A stretch of 63,647 bases of DNA, filler included, from Octopus bimaculoides (GCF_001194135.2; 7 parts of 7 records of this genome joined end to end with filler, not necessarily neighbours in it), one strand, 5' to 3'. Counted from the first letter of the whole stretch, positions 24,801 to 39,058 are shown. Notes: generated by a model not told the origin, from the sequence alone. Translations and numbers: made by a program.

Positions 24801-25889
24801 TGTCTTTAACATTTATCCTTGACGGATTTCAGTTCGCAGTTCTTCAAATCAAGAACGTACGTCAGTCTCTAACATTGTCTTTCTACATTTCGAGTTACTA
24901 GTCACACGTATTTACACACATATATCCCCCAAATAAATGCACACATCAGCATGTATTTATCTATGTATATACATTCATACATACTTACATACATACTCAC
25001 ATACATACATATATATGTATGTGTGTGTATATATGTATATATATATATATATATANNNNNNNNNNNNNNNNNNNNNNNNNNNNNNNNNNNNNNNNNNNNN
25101 NNNNNNNNNNNNNNNNNNNNNNNNNNNNNNNNNNNNNNNNNNNNNNNNNNNNNNNNNNNNNNNNNNNNNNNNNNNNNNNNNNNNNNNNNNNNNNNNNNNN
25201 NNNNNNNNNNNNNNNNNNNNNNNNNNNNNNNNNNNNNNNNNNNNNNNNNNNNNNNNNNNNNNNNNNNNNNNNNNNNNNNNNNNNNNNNNNNNNNNNNNNN
25301 NNNNNNNNNNNNNNNNNNNNNNNNNNNNNNNNNNNNNNNNNNNNNNNNNNNNNNNNNNNNNNNNNNNNNNNNNNNNNNNNNNNNNNNNNNNNNNNNNNNN
25401 NNNNNNNNNNNNNNNNNNNNNGTGTGTGTGTGTGTGTGTGTGTATTTATGTACGTATGTATGTATGTATTAATGTATGTACAATTTCATAATATTCAATA
25501 ATGTTATTACAGTAGTTATTCACCGTCAAAGTAGACATATACCAAAGCAACCGACGTTAAAGAACGAATGTATTCAAAATATATCGAAAGAGTTCAGACT
25601 ATATTTCTTTATTTCCTTCTTCTATCTCATAGTAATTCATTCACTTTCATTGTATAGGATTATAATTGATGGATATTGGATAAATCCGGTTGTATTGAGA
25701 AAATAAATCTTTCAAACAATCAATAAATGAACATCGGTCCTACAACTCTGCTGTAAAAGAACATTACTTATTTACCAGTCAAATATTTCCCTTCTTAGGC
25801 ATTTCGGTATCTATCTATTATTGAGAGTTACTTTTACATGTTTTCTTCTTATTATTTTTACTAGCCTTCGTTATTGATTCATTTGCTGT

Positions 25890-26063
25890 AGTTGTTGTTG
25901 TTGTTGTTGTTGTTGTTGTTGCTTTCTTCTTCTTCTTCTTCTTCTTCTTCTTCTTCTTCTTCTTCTTCTTCTTCTTCTTCTTCTTCTTCTTCTTCTTCTT
26001 CTTCTTCTGCACCATTTTCCAATACTCATCATCATCATCATCGTCATCATCGTCATCATCTTC

Positions 26064-26095
<32 letters not shown>

Positions 26096-26100
26096 CAATG
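25890..26100. repeat. Compound microsatellite (GTT)n(CTT)n...(CAT)n
   Basis: Visible directly; source of the poly-K, poly-R, poly-S and poly-D ORFs. Confidence 0.95.
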
Positions 26101-28109
26101 CGGCTGTTGTTACTGTAATTCATTTATCATATACGTATGCGGCTTTTATCCTTATAGCTAATAGCTAATATGATTTATATTAGTTTCATTATTCACATGA
26201 CTAGTGTTAATTCTTTAATTAAAAATATTTTCGTCATACTCTCTTAATATTTTTTTGTGGCACAAAGTTAAACCAATATAATGATTTGCTCCACAAATGC
26301 ACTGTATCAATTGCAACATCCATCGCCCCACCTATATTACCATAATGTCTGGGGCACATACACACACACGTACATATATATGTATATATANNNNNNNNNN
26401 NNNNNNNNNNNNNNNNNNNNNNNNNNNNNNNNNNNNNNNNNNNNNNNNNNNNNNNNNNNNNNNNNNNNNNNNNNNNNNNNNNNNNNNNNNNNNNNNNNNN
26501 NNNNNNNNNNNNNNNNNNNNNNNNNNNNNNNNNNNNNNNNNNNNNNNNNNNNNNNNNNNNNNNNNNNNNNNNNNNNNNNNNNNNNNNNNNNNNNNNNNNN
26601 NNNNNNNNNNNNNNNNNNNNNNNNNNNNNNNNNNNNNNNNNNNTCTAAATATAGATTTTATGATAATCTTATTTGTCATCATTTAAAAAAATTTTGGTAT
26701 ATTCGATTTCATGCTGTAAACTTGAATGGCTATAAATATTGATAATTGACAGTTCTTCATTTTCGCCGATTCGCCAATAATTATTCGTATGAATTTGAAA
26801 TACAAGTTTGCTTTTTCTACATCATTTAATTTTATCAGATATATACATTTTTTTCGTGAACAGGATGTCATTAACGTCTAACATTTTACCTCGTCACCAT
26901 ACATATATTCATTTTAACATCATCCTGCGAATCTATAAATTTATATTTATCTGCATATATTTAAATATTTGTTATTCCACAAAATAATCTTAGAATTCAT
27001 TCTGGAGGAATGTCGTGCACAAAAGAATCTCTTGCAGTTCATTGAAAGTTGTGCTAGAGTATGTGTGAATCTGGTGCCAGAGTCATTGAAAAATAATTTG
27101 AATTTGTAAGGATTGTAATATCAGTTACTGCTAAGCAGAGTGTGCTTATAAGTGAGGTGAGTTTCAATCGTTAACTCCATCCATAAATGCTTTATTTGTG
27201 GATCAATTTGCACTATGAAAAATGAAGATTAATTATTAGAGAAAACTGTTTTACTGGATTGACCAATAGAAAATCATTGATATAGTTAAGGGGAGGCAAA
27301 TTCTTTAGGATAGACGATTTCCCTAATTCAGATGCAAATTTCTACAACTTTAACGTTAGTACAAATTCCGAACGGATATAGAGGCTAATATTTCAAAATA
27401 CATCAATATTGAAATAAATATACATACTCAGCGTCCAATACCTCAATTTTTAATGCATACTATTATCCATGTATACATATATATCAAACATATATACTAA
27501 CAAAAATATACCGAAATTTGAGTATATGCATACAGTCTCACACACGTGCACACACACACACGTGTGCACACACACACAGACACACGCACACAAACACGTA
27601 CACACATACTGCCTGAACACATTTAATATACATACACACATATCTCGATACTCCATTCGTATAATAGTTGTAAGCTTTTATTGGAGAAGATTATAGTTTT
27701 CAATTGTCGAAATCGATTTGCATATTTTGTAGAAACAGCTGGAGATTAAATTAAAAATAAAACTGTTATTTGCTTTAGGAGAGGTTCTTAAGATTTCAAG
27801 TTATATATTCTCTGGTGCGTAATTGACGAGGCATGTGCTTTCCAGCGCTCTCTCTTGAGTGGTGTGTATTTTTTACGCATTTCGTTGGAGTGTTGATATC
27901 TCCTCTATTGCAGTGCCAGAAAGTGCGTGAGTGTGGGTTTGTGCGTAATATTGTGTATTTATGATATTTATGCTAAATTGGTTAGAAAGGAGATAATTCT
28001 GTGTGTAGACAAGTGCGTCTGGTTGGACTTTGGCGGATTAGACTATTAGTGACGTCATAATATTTTTCTTCGTATAATGCATAGATATTTCCTCGGTTAC
28101 GTTGGATAT

Positions 28110-28494
28110 GTGGAGGCGCAATGGCCCAATGGTTAGGGCAGTGGACTCGCGGTCATAAGATCGCGGTTTCGATTTCCAGACCGGGCGTTGTGAGTGTTTA
28201 TTGAACGAACACACTTAAAGCTCCAAGAGGCTCCGGCAGTGGATGGTGGCGAACCCTGGTGTACTCTTTCACCGCAACTTTCTCTCACTCTTACTTCCTG
28301 TTTCTGTTGTGCCTGTAACTCAAGGGGTCAGCCTTGTCACACTGTGTCACGCTGAACATCCCCGAGAACTACGTTAAGGGTACACGTGTCTGTGGATTGC
28401 TCAACCAATTGCACGCTAATTTCACGAGCAGGCTGTTCCGTTGATCGGATCAACTGGAACCCTCAACGTCGTAAGCGACGGAATGCCAACAACA
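28110..28494 (+). mobile_element. Full-length tRNA-derived SINE, family C, with an 11-bp TSD
   Basis: tRNA-like head gtggaggcgcaatggcccaatggttagggcagtggactcgcggtc..tttcgatttcc and an (AAC)n tail. TSD acgttggatat at 28099-28109 and 28495-28505. Confidence 0.93.
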
Positions 28495-29610
28495 ACGTTG
28501 GATATATTTCAAGCGATAAAATTGTACAGCACCACGAAATCTAATTGAATATATCTATAGCTAATAGTTTTCTAATATAATTGAACTAAATTTTGGCAGA
28601 ACGAGAACAATTTGGAGATTCTTGACTTTTCTGATACTACCTTTCATTGCCTAAAAATTATTTCAGGAACTATTCGGTCTTCATAAGTTATTGGGTTATT
28701 TATTCTACACTAATGTACTTTAGAAATCTTGTCCTATGGTTTGAGATATTTTCTATAATGATAAAGCACCTCTAAGTGAGCAGAGCCTTTCTCTTTACTC
28801 TAGAGCATTTTTTGTATAATCATTTCATGAATAATACATTTTTAGGGTTGTTTCTTTTTTTTGTGTGTGTATTGGTAAAATCTTCAGAGAAGTTATATTG
28901 TACAGTTATAATCTACAGTCAAATCTACTAGATATTGAGTACAAAAGATATTGGTACACAAAAATCAATAGAGTTTTAAATTCAGATTTTAGAAACATAT
29001 TGGGCTTCATGAATTTACATTAAATGTATGCCAAATTCTTCTATATCAATATTTTGTTTTGGATATCTTTTTTTTAAAATCGGACGAAAATATTATGTTT
29101 GATTGTCTAAACACAACCTAGCCCTTATTTTAATATGAAAAGTATGCTAGCATATAGTATCTGATGACACTGGTATCTTATATTGCGTCTTATACTCATC
29201 ATCACCGCATGTCATATATACAAATCGTACGATGTATATTCGCATAAATACTCATTATATAGATATATGTATGCCATAAGTACAAGATTATTGGCATTTA
29301 TGCAAAATAGCATTAAATGTTTCATATACATGTAAATATGTAAATAAACAAAGGTCTATGAATATAAAATATTTCATACTGAAATATGAACTTCGGAATA
29401 TTTTAGTTTAATGAAATCACAGAATTCAATTACAATGTTTATTAAAATAGAATATTTTTCTTTCTCCTTCACACTGTTTCACCCTAATCAAACACATACA
29501 TCAATATAATATTTAAACAGCGCTAGTACGAAGAGTAGACAAAAATATGTTTGCTTATGAAGCAGTCTCGCTTAAATATTTCTCAAGTTGTCTCCCAGTT
29601 GCTTTTTATA

Positions 29611-30889
29611 TTGGTCTGACAATTAAGTTCCCACCGTTTTTATTAAATTTTGGAGTTTATTATGTTTTTAAATTTTGGAAACTATTTTGTTAGACAATTC
29701 TATTTTTGAATCGTATTGGAATCTAATTTGTTGTTTCTTGTAGTTAATTTTTGTTTACTTTCAAATCATTAACATGGAATATCAAGTTGAGAAAAACGAA
29801 CATTTTCGACACCTCCTTTTTGCTTTTAATCAAGGTTCTAAGGCCTCAATAGCTGCTCGCGACATTTGTGCTGAGTACGGAGAGGATGTCATAGTTGAAA
29901 GAACCGCTCGTGATTGGTATGCCAAGTTCAAAAATGGAAATTCGGACCTCAGAGACGCACCTCATCCTGACCGTCCAGTTGAGTTTTATGAAGAGTGATT
30001 AAACCAACGTTTGCACTTAAATTCTCGTCAAACGACAAGGGAACTGGCAGATAAAATGGAATGCTCCCACACTGCTATAGAGAAGCATCTTCACTCGATG
30101 GGAAAGGTTCAGAAGTATGGAGTATGGGTTCCGCATGCTTTAAGTGGCAACAAGAATCAACGCGTCACAATTTCCACTGGTTTGCTAGCTCGTCACCACT
30201 CAACTGATGGACTCAAGAAACGATTCCTTTACCTAGTCGTTAATGGTGACGAAAAATGCTGCCTGTACATCAATATGAAGCAGCGTAAGGAATAGCTTAG
30301 CCGCGGTAAAAAAGCGACACCACGCGGGAAATAGGATCTTCATCAGCGTAAAACGATGTTGTGTGTATGGTGGGACTGGGAAGGGATTATCCTTTACGAA
30401 TTGCTTGAATAGAACCAAACGGTCAACGCAAAACACTGCTCAACAGATGGAACGACACAACACAGCTATTCAAGAGAAAATACCTAATCGTCAGCATGGA
30501 GTTCTTCTGCTGCACGACAACGCCCGCCCTCATAACGCCAATATGACCAAGGAAACCATTCACACCCATGGCTGGGAAATGCTGCCACTCCCCGCGTACT
30601 CTCCTGATTTGACACCAACGGATTTCCACCTCTTTCGATCATTTTCAAATACAATTCGCGGAGTTTCGTTTAATGCTGATTCAGAATTGAGAGCTTGGTT
30701 GGATCAAATTTTCGAGTCAAAATCGGGAGATTTCTACCAACGAGGTATTAAGAATCTTCAATGTTGGGAAGAAGTTGTAAACAAGAAGGGTGTATACATT
30801 ATTGATTAAGTAGTTGTTATTTTTTTATTAAATCTTTTAAAACAATTTAAATTTAAAAAAACCCAGCAGGAACTTATTTGCCAACCTAA
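29611..30889 (+). mobile_element. Full-length decayed mariner (DD34D) transposon, mellifera-subfamily-like
   Basis: TA TSDs (29609-10, 30890-91) and imperfect TIRs (ttggtctgacaattaagttcc / reverse complement ttaggttggcaaataagttcc). Transposase pseudogene 29774-30809 has WVPHAL, GDEK, LHDNARPH and YSPDLTPTDFHLF, with several stops and a frameshift. Confidence 0.95.
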
Positions 30890-32502
30890 TAAACATACGT
30901 GCACATCAATACAGCCACAGAGTCAAAAACATAAGTTTGGCATCGTCTATATCTGTAAATTTGATATTCTAATTATTGCAAAATAAATAGAATGAATATT
31001 ATGAATTACTTCAGAGAAATATAATTAATTAGTGTGTGGATGAACTATGTTGAAGATAAATTAATATATAGAGAAATTATGTAGCAGGGGGAGACAGATA
31101 GATAGTGTTGGAGTGGAAGGGGATAGAGAGACAGAGAAGTATCTAAAATAAGAATGAATCAATCGTGGAAACGCTAACGCTACAAAATCTAAATATGATT
31201 TCATACATCGTCACTTCACGATGGAACCACCCAACTAGTTAAAAGAATTGCTGTGGTCAGTTTTGAACTTGGATTCTGTTCTACTTGATTAGGAATTCGG
31301 GTTGCTAGTCTGTGATTATCGGCAGAATGGGTCGTTTGGAAAGGAGTTGAAGTAGGTATATATAATTCAACTTTTCTTCGATTTTCAACTTCGCGGTTGA
31401 GTACACCATTTAGGTTATATATTTTTCAGTGCCAGACTAGTTGCACAACCTACAATTTTTGATTGGCCGATTATTCCCTCTTGCCACTCACGTCTTTACT
31501 CAGCACTCGGTATTCTGGATTTGCGTGTTCATATTTCAGGATCCTGCTGCTCTAACAGCATATCAAATATTAACATGCATATGCTTGCTTCAGGATTTCG
31601 CTTAGTCCATAATGATATACTCGATAAACCTGTGGATATACGATGTTACATCATTATAGATAATCAGAAAGCAAAATTTTGATGCGACTATATATTATTT
31701 AACGCTATGCTGCAATTCACCAGTTTATTTTGAGTACTCTTGAAACCCAAGTTTTATTTATCTAGCAAGGAAGTGAGATGGGCCTCTCTGTCACTCTTTT
31801 TCTCTCCGCTATCTCACTCTCTTCTTCTCTCAGTCACTCACACATACACTCACTCTCTCTCCGTCTCTTTGTTACTCTCTCTCTCTCTCTCNNNNNNNNN
31901 NNNNNNNNNNNNNNNNNNNNNNNNNNNNNNNNNNNNNNNNNNNNNNNNNNNNNNNNNNNNNNNNNNNNNNNNNNNNNNNNNNNNNNNNNNNNNNNNNNNN
32001 NNNNNNNNNNNNNNNNNNNNNNNNNNNNNNNNNNNNNNNNNNNNNNNNNNNNNNNNNNNNNNNNNNNNNNNNNNNNNNNNNNNNNNNNNNNNNNNNNNNN
32101 NNNNNNNNNNNNNNNNNNNNNNNNNNNNNNNNNNNNNNNNNNNNNNNNNNNNNNNNNNNNNNNNNNNNNNNNNNNNNNNNNNNNNNNNNNNNNNNNNNNN
32201 NNNNNNNNNNNNNNNNNNNNNNNNNNNNNNNNNNNNNNNNNNNNNNNNNNNNNNNNNNNNNNNNNNNNNNNNNNNNNNNNNNNNNNNNNNNNNNNNNNNN
32301 NNNNNNNNNNNNNNNNNNNNNNNNNNNNNNNNNNNNNNNNNNNNNNNNNNNNNNNNNNNNNNNNNNNNNNNNNNNNNNNNNNNNNNNNNNNNNNNNNNNN
32401 NNNNNNNNNNNNNNNNNNNNNNNNNNNNNNNNNNNNNNNNNNNNNNNNNNNNNNNNNNNNNNNNNNNNNNNNNNNNNNNNNNNNNNNNNNNNNNNNNNNN
32501 NN

Positions 32503-32535
<33 letters not shown>

Positions 32536-32543
32536 TAAGTTAT

Positions 32544-32820
32544 GTTGTGTCGATGCCCCCAAGTGAAGAAGTAGGCTCGACCAAGACATATAAATAGAGG
32601 TAGTCTGACCATGGTAAGTGTCGACTGACAGTGGACTGACTGTTGAGTAGCATCGTGTTGCGGTTGAGTAGCGATCATCCGAAGGTGGTAGATAGCAGTA
32701 GCTTGAGACATAAGATGTTATGAGCGAAAGTGGTGTCAATTAGACCCAGAGGTTTCAGGTAATGCTCAGTAAGTGCTGTTGATAGACCATAGTTAAGCTC
32801 CAGGTTCGGTGATTATGCGC
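32544..32820 (+). mobile_element. Possible LTR-like or unclassified repeat fragment
   Basis: A GC-richer block starting TGTTGTG right after (TA)n, containing TATAAATAG. No second copy in the window. Confidence 0.2.
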
Positions 32821-34056
32821 ATACATGTTCTATATTATACACAGCCTTGGTTTTTTTTTATCTCATTACGAAGTCCTCATATATATATATATATATTTAA
32901 CTATTAAACGATATATTATATACATATATAATTACAAACACACACATACACATATGAGTATAAGTATGTTGTGTGTTTGTGTGCGCATGTGTGTGTATGC
33001 ATATACGTACACCTACACACGCACATAAGCATAAATTTGGAGGTTTGTATATTTCTAGATGGGTGTCTAGGTACACGCAAGTACACGTATATATAGATAT
33101 AATAAAATTTAAAAGAGAAATTATATTCTGAATTTATCATAAATTAAGGGAGGAATATATTAAATTTGTTTATCGAAAATATGCTACTCGTTGATTAGAA
33201 TTTATAATTTTAATTGATTTTCTTTTTATTTTCACTATCGTTGCACCGAGTATCTCCCCCTGTGGATAGAATATAGGAAAATTGTTATAAATATTGTGAA
33301 TCATGCTATTAGTATATCAGCTAGTGTTAAGGTTTTCAGTGTTTGTTGCATAAATTATTGGATGTGATTTCTTAACTTGTTTTCATGTCTCTTTGTTTCT
33401 GTTTTGTCACTGTGGATTGAATTTTGTAACGTCAATATTGAAAAGGGTATTTTTTATTGTTACATTGTTATACACAGGAATGGTACTCCGGTAATAAGCT
33501 TCAGAATCAGTTAAAAATTTGACGATTGATGTGTTCTCATATTTTCCGAACGAAACTCATTGACATGTTTTCTTCCTTGTGCAGTTGCTTCTCTATATCA
33601 TCTTGCTTATCTTTTATTGAGAAAAATGTTTTATTCAGCATATTCTTTGGAATAGGTATCCAAACGTTTCGTGACATCAGGACAAATACACNNNNNNNNN
33701 NNNNNNNNNNNNNNNNNNNNNNNNNNNNNNNNNNNNNNNNNNNNNNNNNNNNNNNNNNNNNNNNNNNNNNNNNNNNNNNNNNNNNNNNNNNNNNNNNNNN
33801 NNNNNNNNNNNNNNNNNNNNNNNNNNNNNNNNNNNNNNNNNNNNNNNNNNNNNNNNNNNNNNNNNNNNNNNNNNNNNNNNNNNNNNNNNNNNNNNNNNNN
33901 NNNNNNNNNNNNNNNNNNNNNNNNNNNNNNNNNNNNNNNNNNNNNNNATATACATATAAGTACATACATACTTACATACATTCATACATACATACATACA
34001 TACATACATACATACACACATACATACATACATACATACATACATACATACATACA

Positions 34057-34088
<32 letters not shown>

Positions 34089-34971
34089 CAGGTTGCAAAG
34101 AGTAAGTTGACATTTTATATTTTTCATATCAAACATGCACGTTGTTTGCTTTTTGATTTTGCCCACTATACAGAACAGTAGATTTAGTTGGGCCCCGTCT
34201 GTAAGAAAAACATCACTATTACACAATTTACTCTGACATAAATTTGGAAATGAAACGCTGTACTTCTTGGCAGTCACGCTGGAACCTCCGATACGAACAA
34301 ATAGTGAACACAAAGAACAAATGTTGAATTGCCGTGTGCCAAAATCATGTACCGAGGGTGATAAAAATCAAATATCCATTAAACTTCATAGTGCTTGGAA
34401 TGATCAACAGTGATGGTAGCGTTATGCCTCCATTCATCTTCTCACACGGACTCAGACTCAACACGGAGACCTCCATCGAGTGCTGGGAGGAGGTAGTACC
34501 GACCTGGATAGAGAGTAGCTGCTGGAAGAATCTATGTCTAGCAATAGGACTATGCACCGTGCCACAAAAGCAGAAGGCTCAGTCGTGGCTGGCAGACAGT
34601 TTGTGCTACGTCATCACCCCTCACATCTAGTGACCTAACTCCTCAGACTGCAACCACCTTGATTATTATGTTTGGGGCGCGCTTGAGCGAGTGACCAACA
34701 AAGCTCCTTGTAGCACCAAAGATGATTTGAAGGCAAAGATTATGGCAACATACAAGAACTTAAAGAATGAGACCGCCCAGAAGGGTTGCAGGAGATTCCG
34801 AATTCGTCTGGAGGCCGTGGTTGAAGCCAATGGCGATTTTATTGAATAAATTTACTCTTTACTATTTCAAGATACTTTTATGGAATTTTGATAGATATGA
34901 TTTTTAAAATAAGATATCAGCGTTATTTTTATTTCTCGTTATTTCGACGTCAGTGTATTCAAAACACCCTG
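34089..34971 (+). mobile_element. Internally deleted Tc1/mariner-superfamily element, DD37D (maT-like) transposase remnant
   Basis: Ends are TA|CAGGTTG and CACCCTG next to a gap. Decayed KYPLNFIVLGMINSDGSVMPPFIF..GLRLNTE..VVPTWI, then PNSSDCNHLDYYVWGALERVTNK..RRFRIRLEAVVEANGDFIE. Confidence 0.85.
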
Positions 34972-35180
34972 NNNNNNNNNNNNNNNNNNNNNNNNNNNNN
35001 NNNNNNNNNNNNNNNNNNNNNNNNNNNNNNNNNNNNNNNNNNNNNNNNNNNNNNNNNNNNNNNNNNNNNNNNNNNNNNNNNNNNNNNNNNNNNNNNNNNN
35101 NNNNNNNNNNNNNNNNNNNNNNNNNNNNNNNNNNNNNNNNNNNNNNNNNNNNNNNNNNNNNNNNNNNNNNNNNNNNNNNN

Positions 35181-35211
<31 letters not shown>

Positions 35212-36711
35212 GGGAGATAGAGCGTGTGAGAAAGAGAGGATGATATATCCTGGAGCAGAATGAATCCAAAATTAATCTCACGGAATATATACAAACTTTT
35301 CTTTCACAAAATAAGGTATACGCATGACATTCATTGAATTGCATATCTTTGTGCGGGATTTTTCAACTAGACATTAGAGAATTTATATATGTCATCTGCT
35401 CAATAAAATGTATAAATTTACATGTATATACGTAAACACATCCATATACATACACACATACATATATGTATACACACATGACTACATGCATACATATATT
35501 TAGTCATGCATACAAATATTGAATACATTCATTGATAGAATTTAATAATAGAAATGAACTTCATTAATTAAAATTACTTTACTTACTGTAGAAATACATC
35601 TCATACACATGTCCACATGTATATTATTTGCCACTTTATTAGTACATACAGAAATTTCATGTGCAATTCCATTGGGATTGAATTTAAAAAAATTACATGA
35701 TTTTTCATGTTCATTTGAGATGGATAATATATTGACATCTGATCTTATCTACATATTACACTGACATATATTTTTGCAATGTACCCTTCCAATTTACCGC
35801 CTCATGACACATTTATTATGCATCGAATTCTTGCCCTCCTTGCCAGAATCAACATATATCAGAGAAGGAAATTTGCAAGACAGGAAACCCATTGTTGAAT
35901 TTTTGCAGTAACAACCAAAATAATTGATATACATATTTCACGAATATCGTATGTGTAGGTAGAAATATTTTTAAGGCAGCATCAGTGACAGTTATAAAAA
36001 ATTTACTTAATTGAGAGGTATACACATAATTCGATTTTCACGTCCTCGCCTAGAAATTAAATGTAGATTTAACTTCTTTGTTTCAAAAAGATTAAGTGTT
36101 TTGATATTTATCGCAGAAAATTTACAAATAAGAATTTCAATGAATTGTTATTGGCTACATGATTTAGCCGTAAAGTTTTGCATCATTTAACGTCTCCTAT
36201 ACTTCCAAACAGTTTTCAAGCATTTCCCAACGAGTGATTTGCACAATTATTAAATGAAAATGTGCTTCAAATAGTATCAAATAAATAGTGTGCGTATGTT
36301 ATAATTAAAAAAATGCGAATATTGTGTTAAACATTTTCTGGACTAAAATAATGATTGTACCTAAAATCTACTGAATAATTAATGATAAGGACGATCACAT
36401 TAAATTTTGAAATATCTCTAATAATATTTATTTTACAACTATTATTTGTATATTTCCATTAGAGAATAAATAAGTACGATTACATTAATGGAATTAGAAT
36501 ACTACAGTAATCTTAAAAGCTTATAAATAATGTTGTCTAATTATTTCAGGTTTAATTCCACTCTTCATATTTACGTATCTATCTATCAGCCTGTTTTTCT
36601 GTCTGTCCATCGTATCTCTCTCTCTCTCTCTCTCTCTTGCTATATATATATATATATATATATACATCACNNNNNNNNNNNNNNNNNNNNNNNNNNNNNN
36701 NNNNNNNNNNN

Positions 36712-36765
<54 letters not shown>

Positions 36766-38002
36766 CCTATTTCTATATGTTTACGCTCTGTCATTAAAAA
36801 TTGAAATTCTCCATTGTCAAATAATATTCAAGGAGATAAAATTGTATATTTGCAGCTTTACTCATAATGGTTTATTAAGACATGTCATAAGACAATGATT
36901 ATGTTGTCCAACATATGTGTCTTCATTACTCTGCTAAAAAATTATTGTATCCATAAAAAAAAAGGAAATGCTAAATAGGATATGAATGTCAATTCTTAAT
37001 TAGTGTATCATTTTAAAAGCATTTTGTCAATTCATCGGGTGGAAAGAATGTATATGGAAAAGTTTCAAATTCATTATTTCGTGTAAGAACGCAGCATGAA
37101 AACCTAAAGATTTTGTTGGGAAGTTAATTAGTGAAAAACAATGTTAAAATATATTATTATTTTGTAAATTTGTTTTCCTCACATATCATTAAGAGACTGC
37201 TAATTAATAATTATTGTTTTATTATTGATAATGAATTTAATGAAAATTTACGACTGTGGTATTTCTTATAATAAATCTTATTTTGAACTTTTTTGTCTTA
37301 TGTCAAAATTAGGTAGGTTTTACTAAAAGTATATATGATCACAAAATCGGTAGTAGCGAAATGATATTTACCTTTTAAGGCTCGGTCCCTGGAGTTTTTC
37401 GAAGGGCGGGCGTAGGACCAGAAGGGAATACAATTCCACGGAGAAAGGGCGTAATGACACTATTTAGAAGGGCTCACTTATTTTCTTGAAGGGGGCACGT
37501 GCCACTCATCCCCCTTCCATTTGGACTGCTGCTACTTCTTTGACATCGATTTCTATTACTCACAATGCCAAAATTATATTCCTTAATCACAAACGTATAA
37601 AAAACGATTGAGTTATAATAATCTATATTCCTTGATTTTCGATAGAAATATAATCATTTCATGAACATAATGACACACGTTATTAATTGTAATAAATATA
37701 TTTATTTTTGAAACTAGCATTGATCTTAGTGTTTTTTCTATAAATGCCAGCATATGAGCAAATGTAAATTAAATTTCGTGAATCTATATCTATATACCTA
37801 TACAACTCTATCTCTTTCTCTATCTCTGTATGTATCCGTCTGTCTATCAGTCTCTATATACATCCATATATGCATATGTACATTCACACACTCACGCGCA
37901 CACATATAGAAAGCACAGCGTCACATATTATTTTATTTTGTTTCCATAGCACTTATCCATAGCGTGACTAAATTTATAAAGTATAATCAACATAAAGCCG
38001 AC

Positions 38003-38052
<50 letters not shown>

Positions 38053-38571
38053 TCTTGCGGTTCAGTAAACTGCAACATCAAAATATGATTGCATCATCCT
38101 ATTTAATAAATACAAACATAATAACATTTATTGTGACAATTTGTAGATTTGTTACAAAGGAGTTCGAAATTCGTACATAAAATTTCATATAAATATGTAT
38201 ACCATTCAAGCTGCTGCAATGCCCTAACTACTATTTTTGCTTATTTTCCTAAACTTCACTACTGCAAGCTCTGATGTTACTGTTTTATTCATACATCTGA
38301 ATTATGCCTTGTAGAGTGCATGCAGTATTGACTATTGGGTATATTCAATTACCTGCATATTATTTATGTGAATACCACTTCTATCTTTTTATTTTTTTTG
38401 CTTATGGCATATTACTGGACTTTAGGAACCGAAACTAATCGCGTCTAGGGAACATATACACAAAGATTGACAGCTATCATTTCTTCAGATGTAACTTTCC
38501 TAGCGAGAGTGTGCCTACAAATATTTTCAGATAGAAGTTAAATAGTCAAATACTTTCAAGGGATAGCGGCT

Positions 38572-38745
38572 ATAAAAGTTGGCGAACTGGCAGATTCCTT
38601 ATCACGTTGTATAAAATGATTTGCGGTGATGATTCCGATTTTGAGTTTGTGTTCAACATCTAGAGAGGTTGATACCTGCCTTTTATGGTTTTGGACTCCA
38701 TAAAATAAGTACCAGTTAAGCACTGGGTTCAATAAAATTGACCAG
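38572..38745 (+). mobile_element. Degenerate SINE family A
   Basis: ggcgaactggcaga..gaggttgatacctgccttt..ataagtaccagttaagcactggg. Confidence 0.6.
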
Positions 38746-39004
38746 CTCACTGCTCCGCTGAAAAGATTCACCCTTTTGTCTTATAGTAGAAAAAAATACG
38801 ATTGCAAACTAAAGTCTAGGCTCATGCGCAGCTTTGTGACCAATATTACGCACGGGGAAAGTTGTGAAAAAAAAAGCCATTACTTCATCACTAGACATAA
38901 AACATCTTCTCGTGTAGCAGGAAAACATAGGGAAAAAAATGTTATTCAAAGTAAATGTGGTCTATCTCTAGTCAAATTTAATTTTATTTCATTTATCCCA
39001 CCAG

Positions 39005-39058
39005 ACATAAAGGCACTCGAATGGAAGATAATGGGCGCTATGCTTCCGCATTTGATAT
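39005..39058 (+). CDS. Candidate upstream exon of the mucin-like gene (DIKALEWKIMGAMLPHLI; could contain the start ATG)
   Basis: Strong acceptor (tttaattttatttcatttatcccaccag) and donor GTAAAT. It is 54 nt, phase 1-1, open and frame-compatible with 42801. Confidence 0.35.

Noticed and set aside
28050-28057. Perfect CRE palindrome TGACGTCA
   Set aside because: One 8-mer in 63 kb is expected by chance, and no promoter is defined nearby.
28110-28185. SINE heads as functional tRNA genes
   Set aside because: They have imperfect cloverleaves and run directly into SINE bodies with TSDs.
33585-33655. Possible further upstream exon (good acceptor, GTATCC donor; phase 2 to 1 reads CFSISSCLSFIEKNVLFSIFFGI)
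   Set aside because: The donor is weak, there is no supporting upstream exon or homology, and it could be UTR or chance.
37370-37540. GC-rich patch ending ggggcacgtgccactcatcccccc
   Set aside because: It may be a decayed non-autonomous DNA element, but no TIR pair or second copy supports that.
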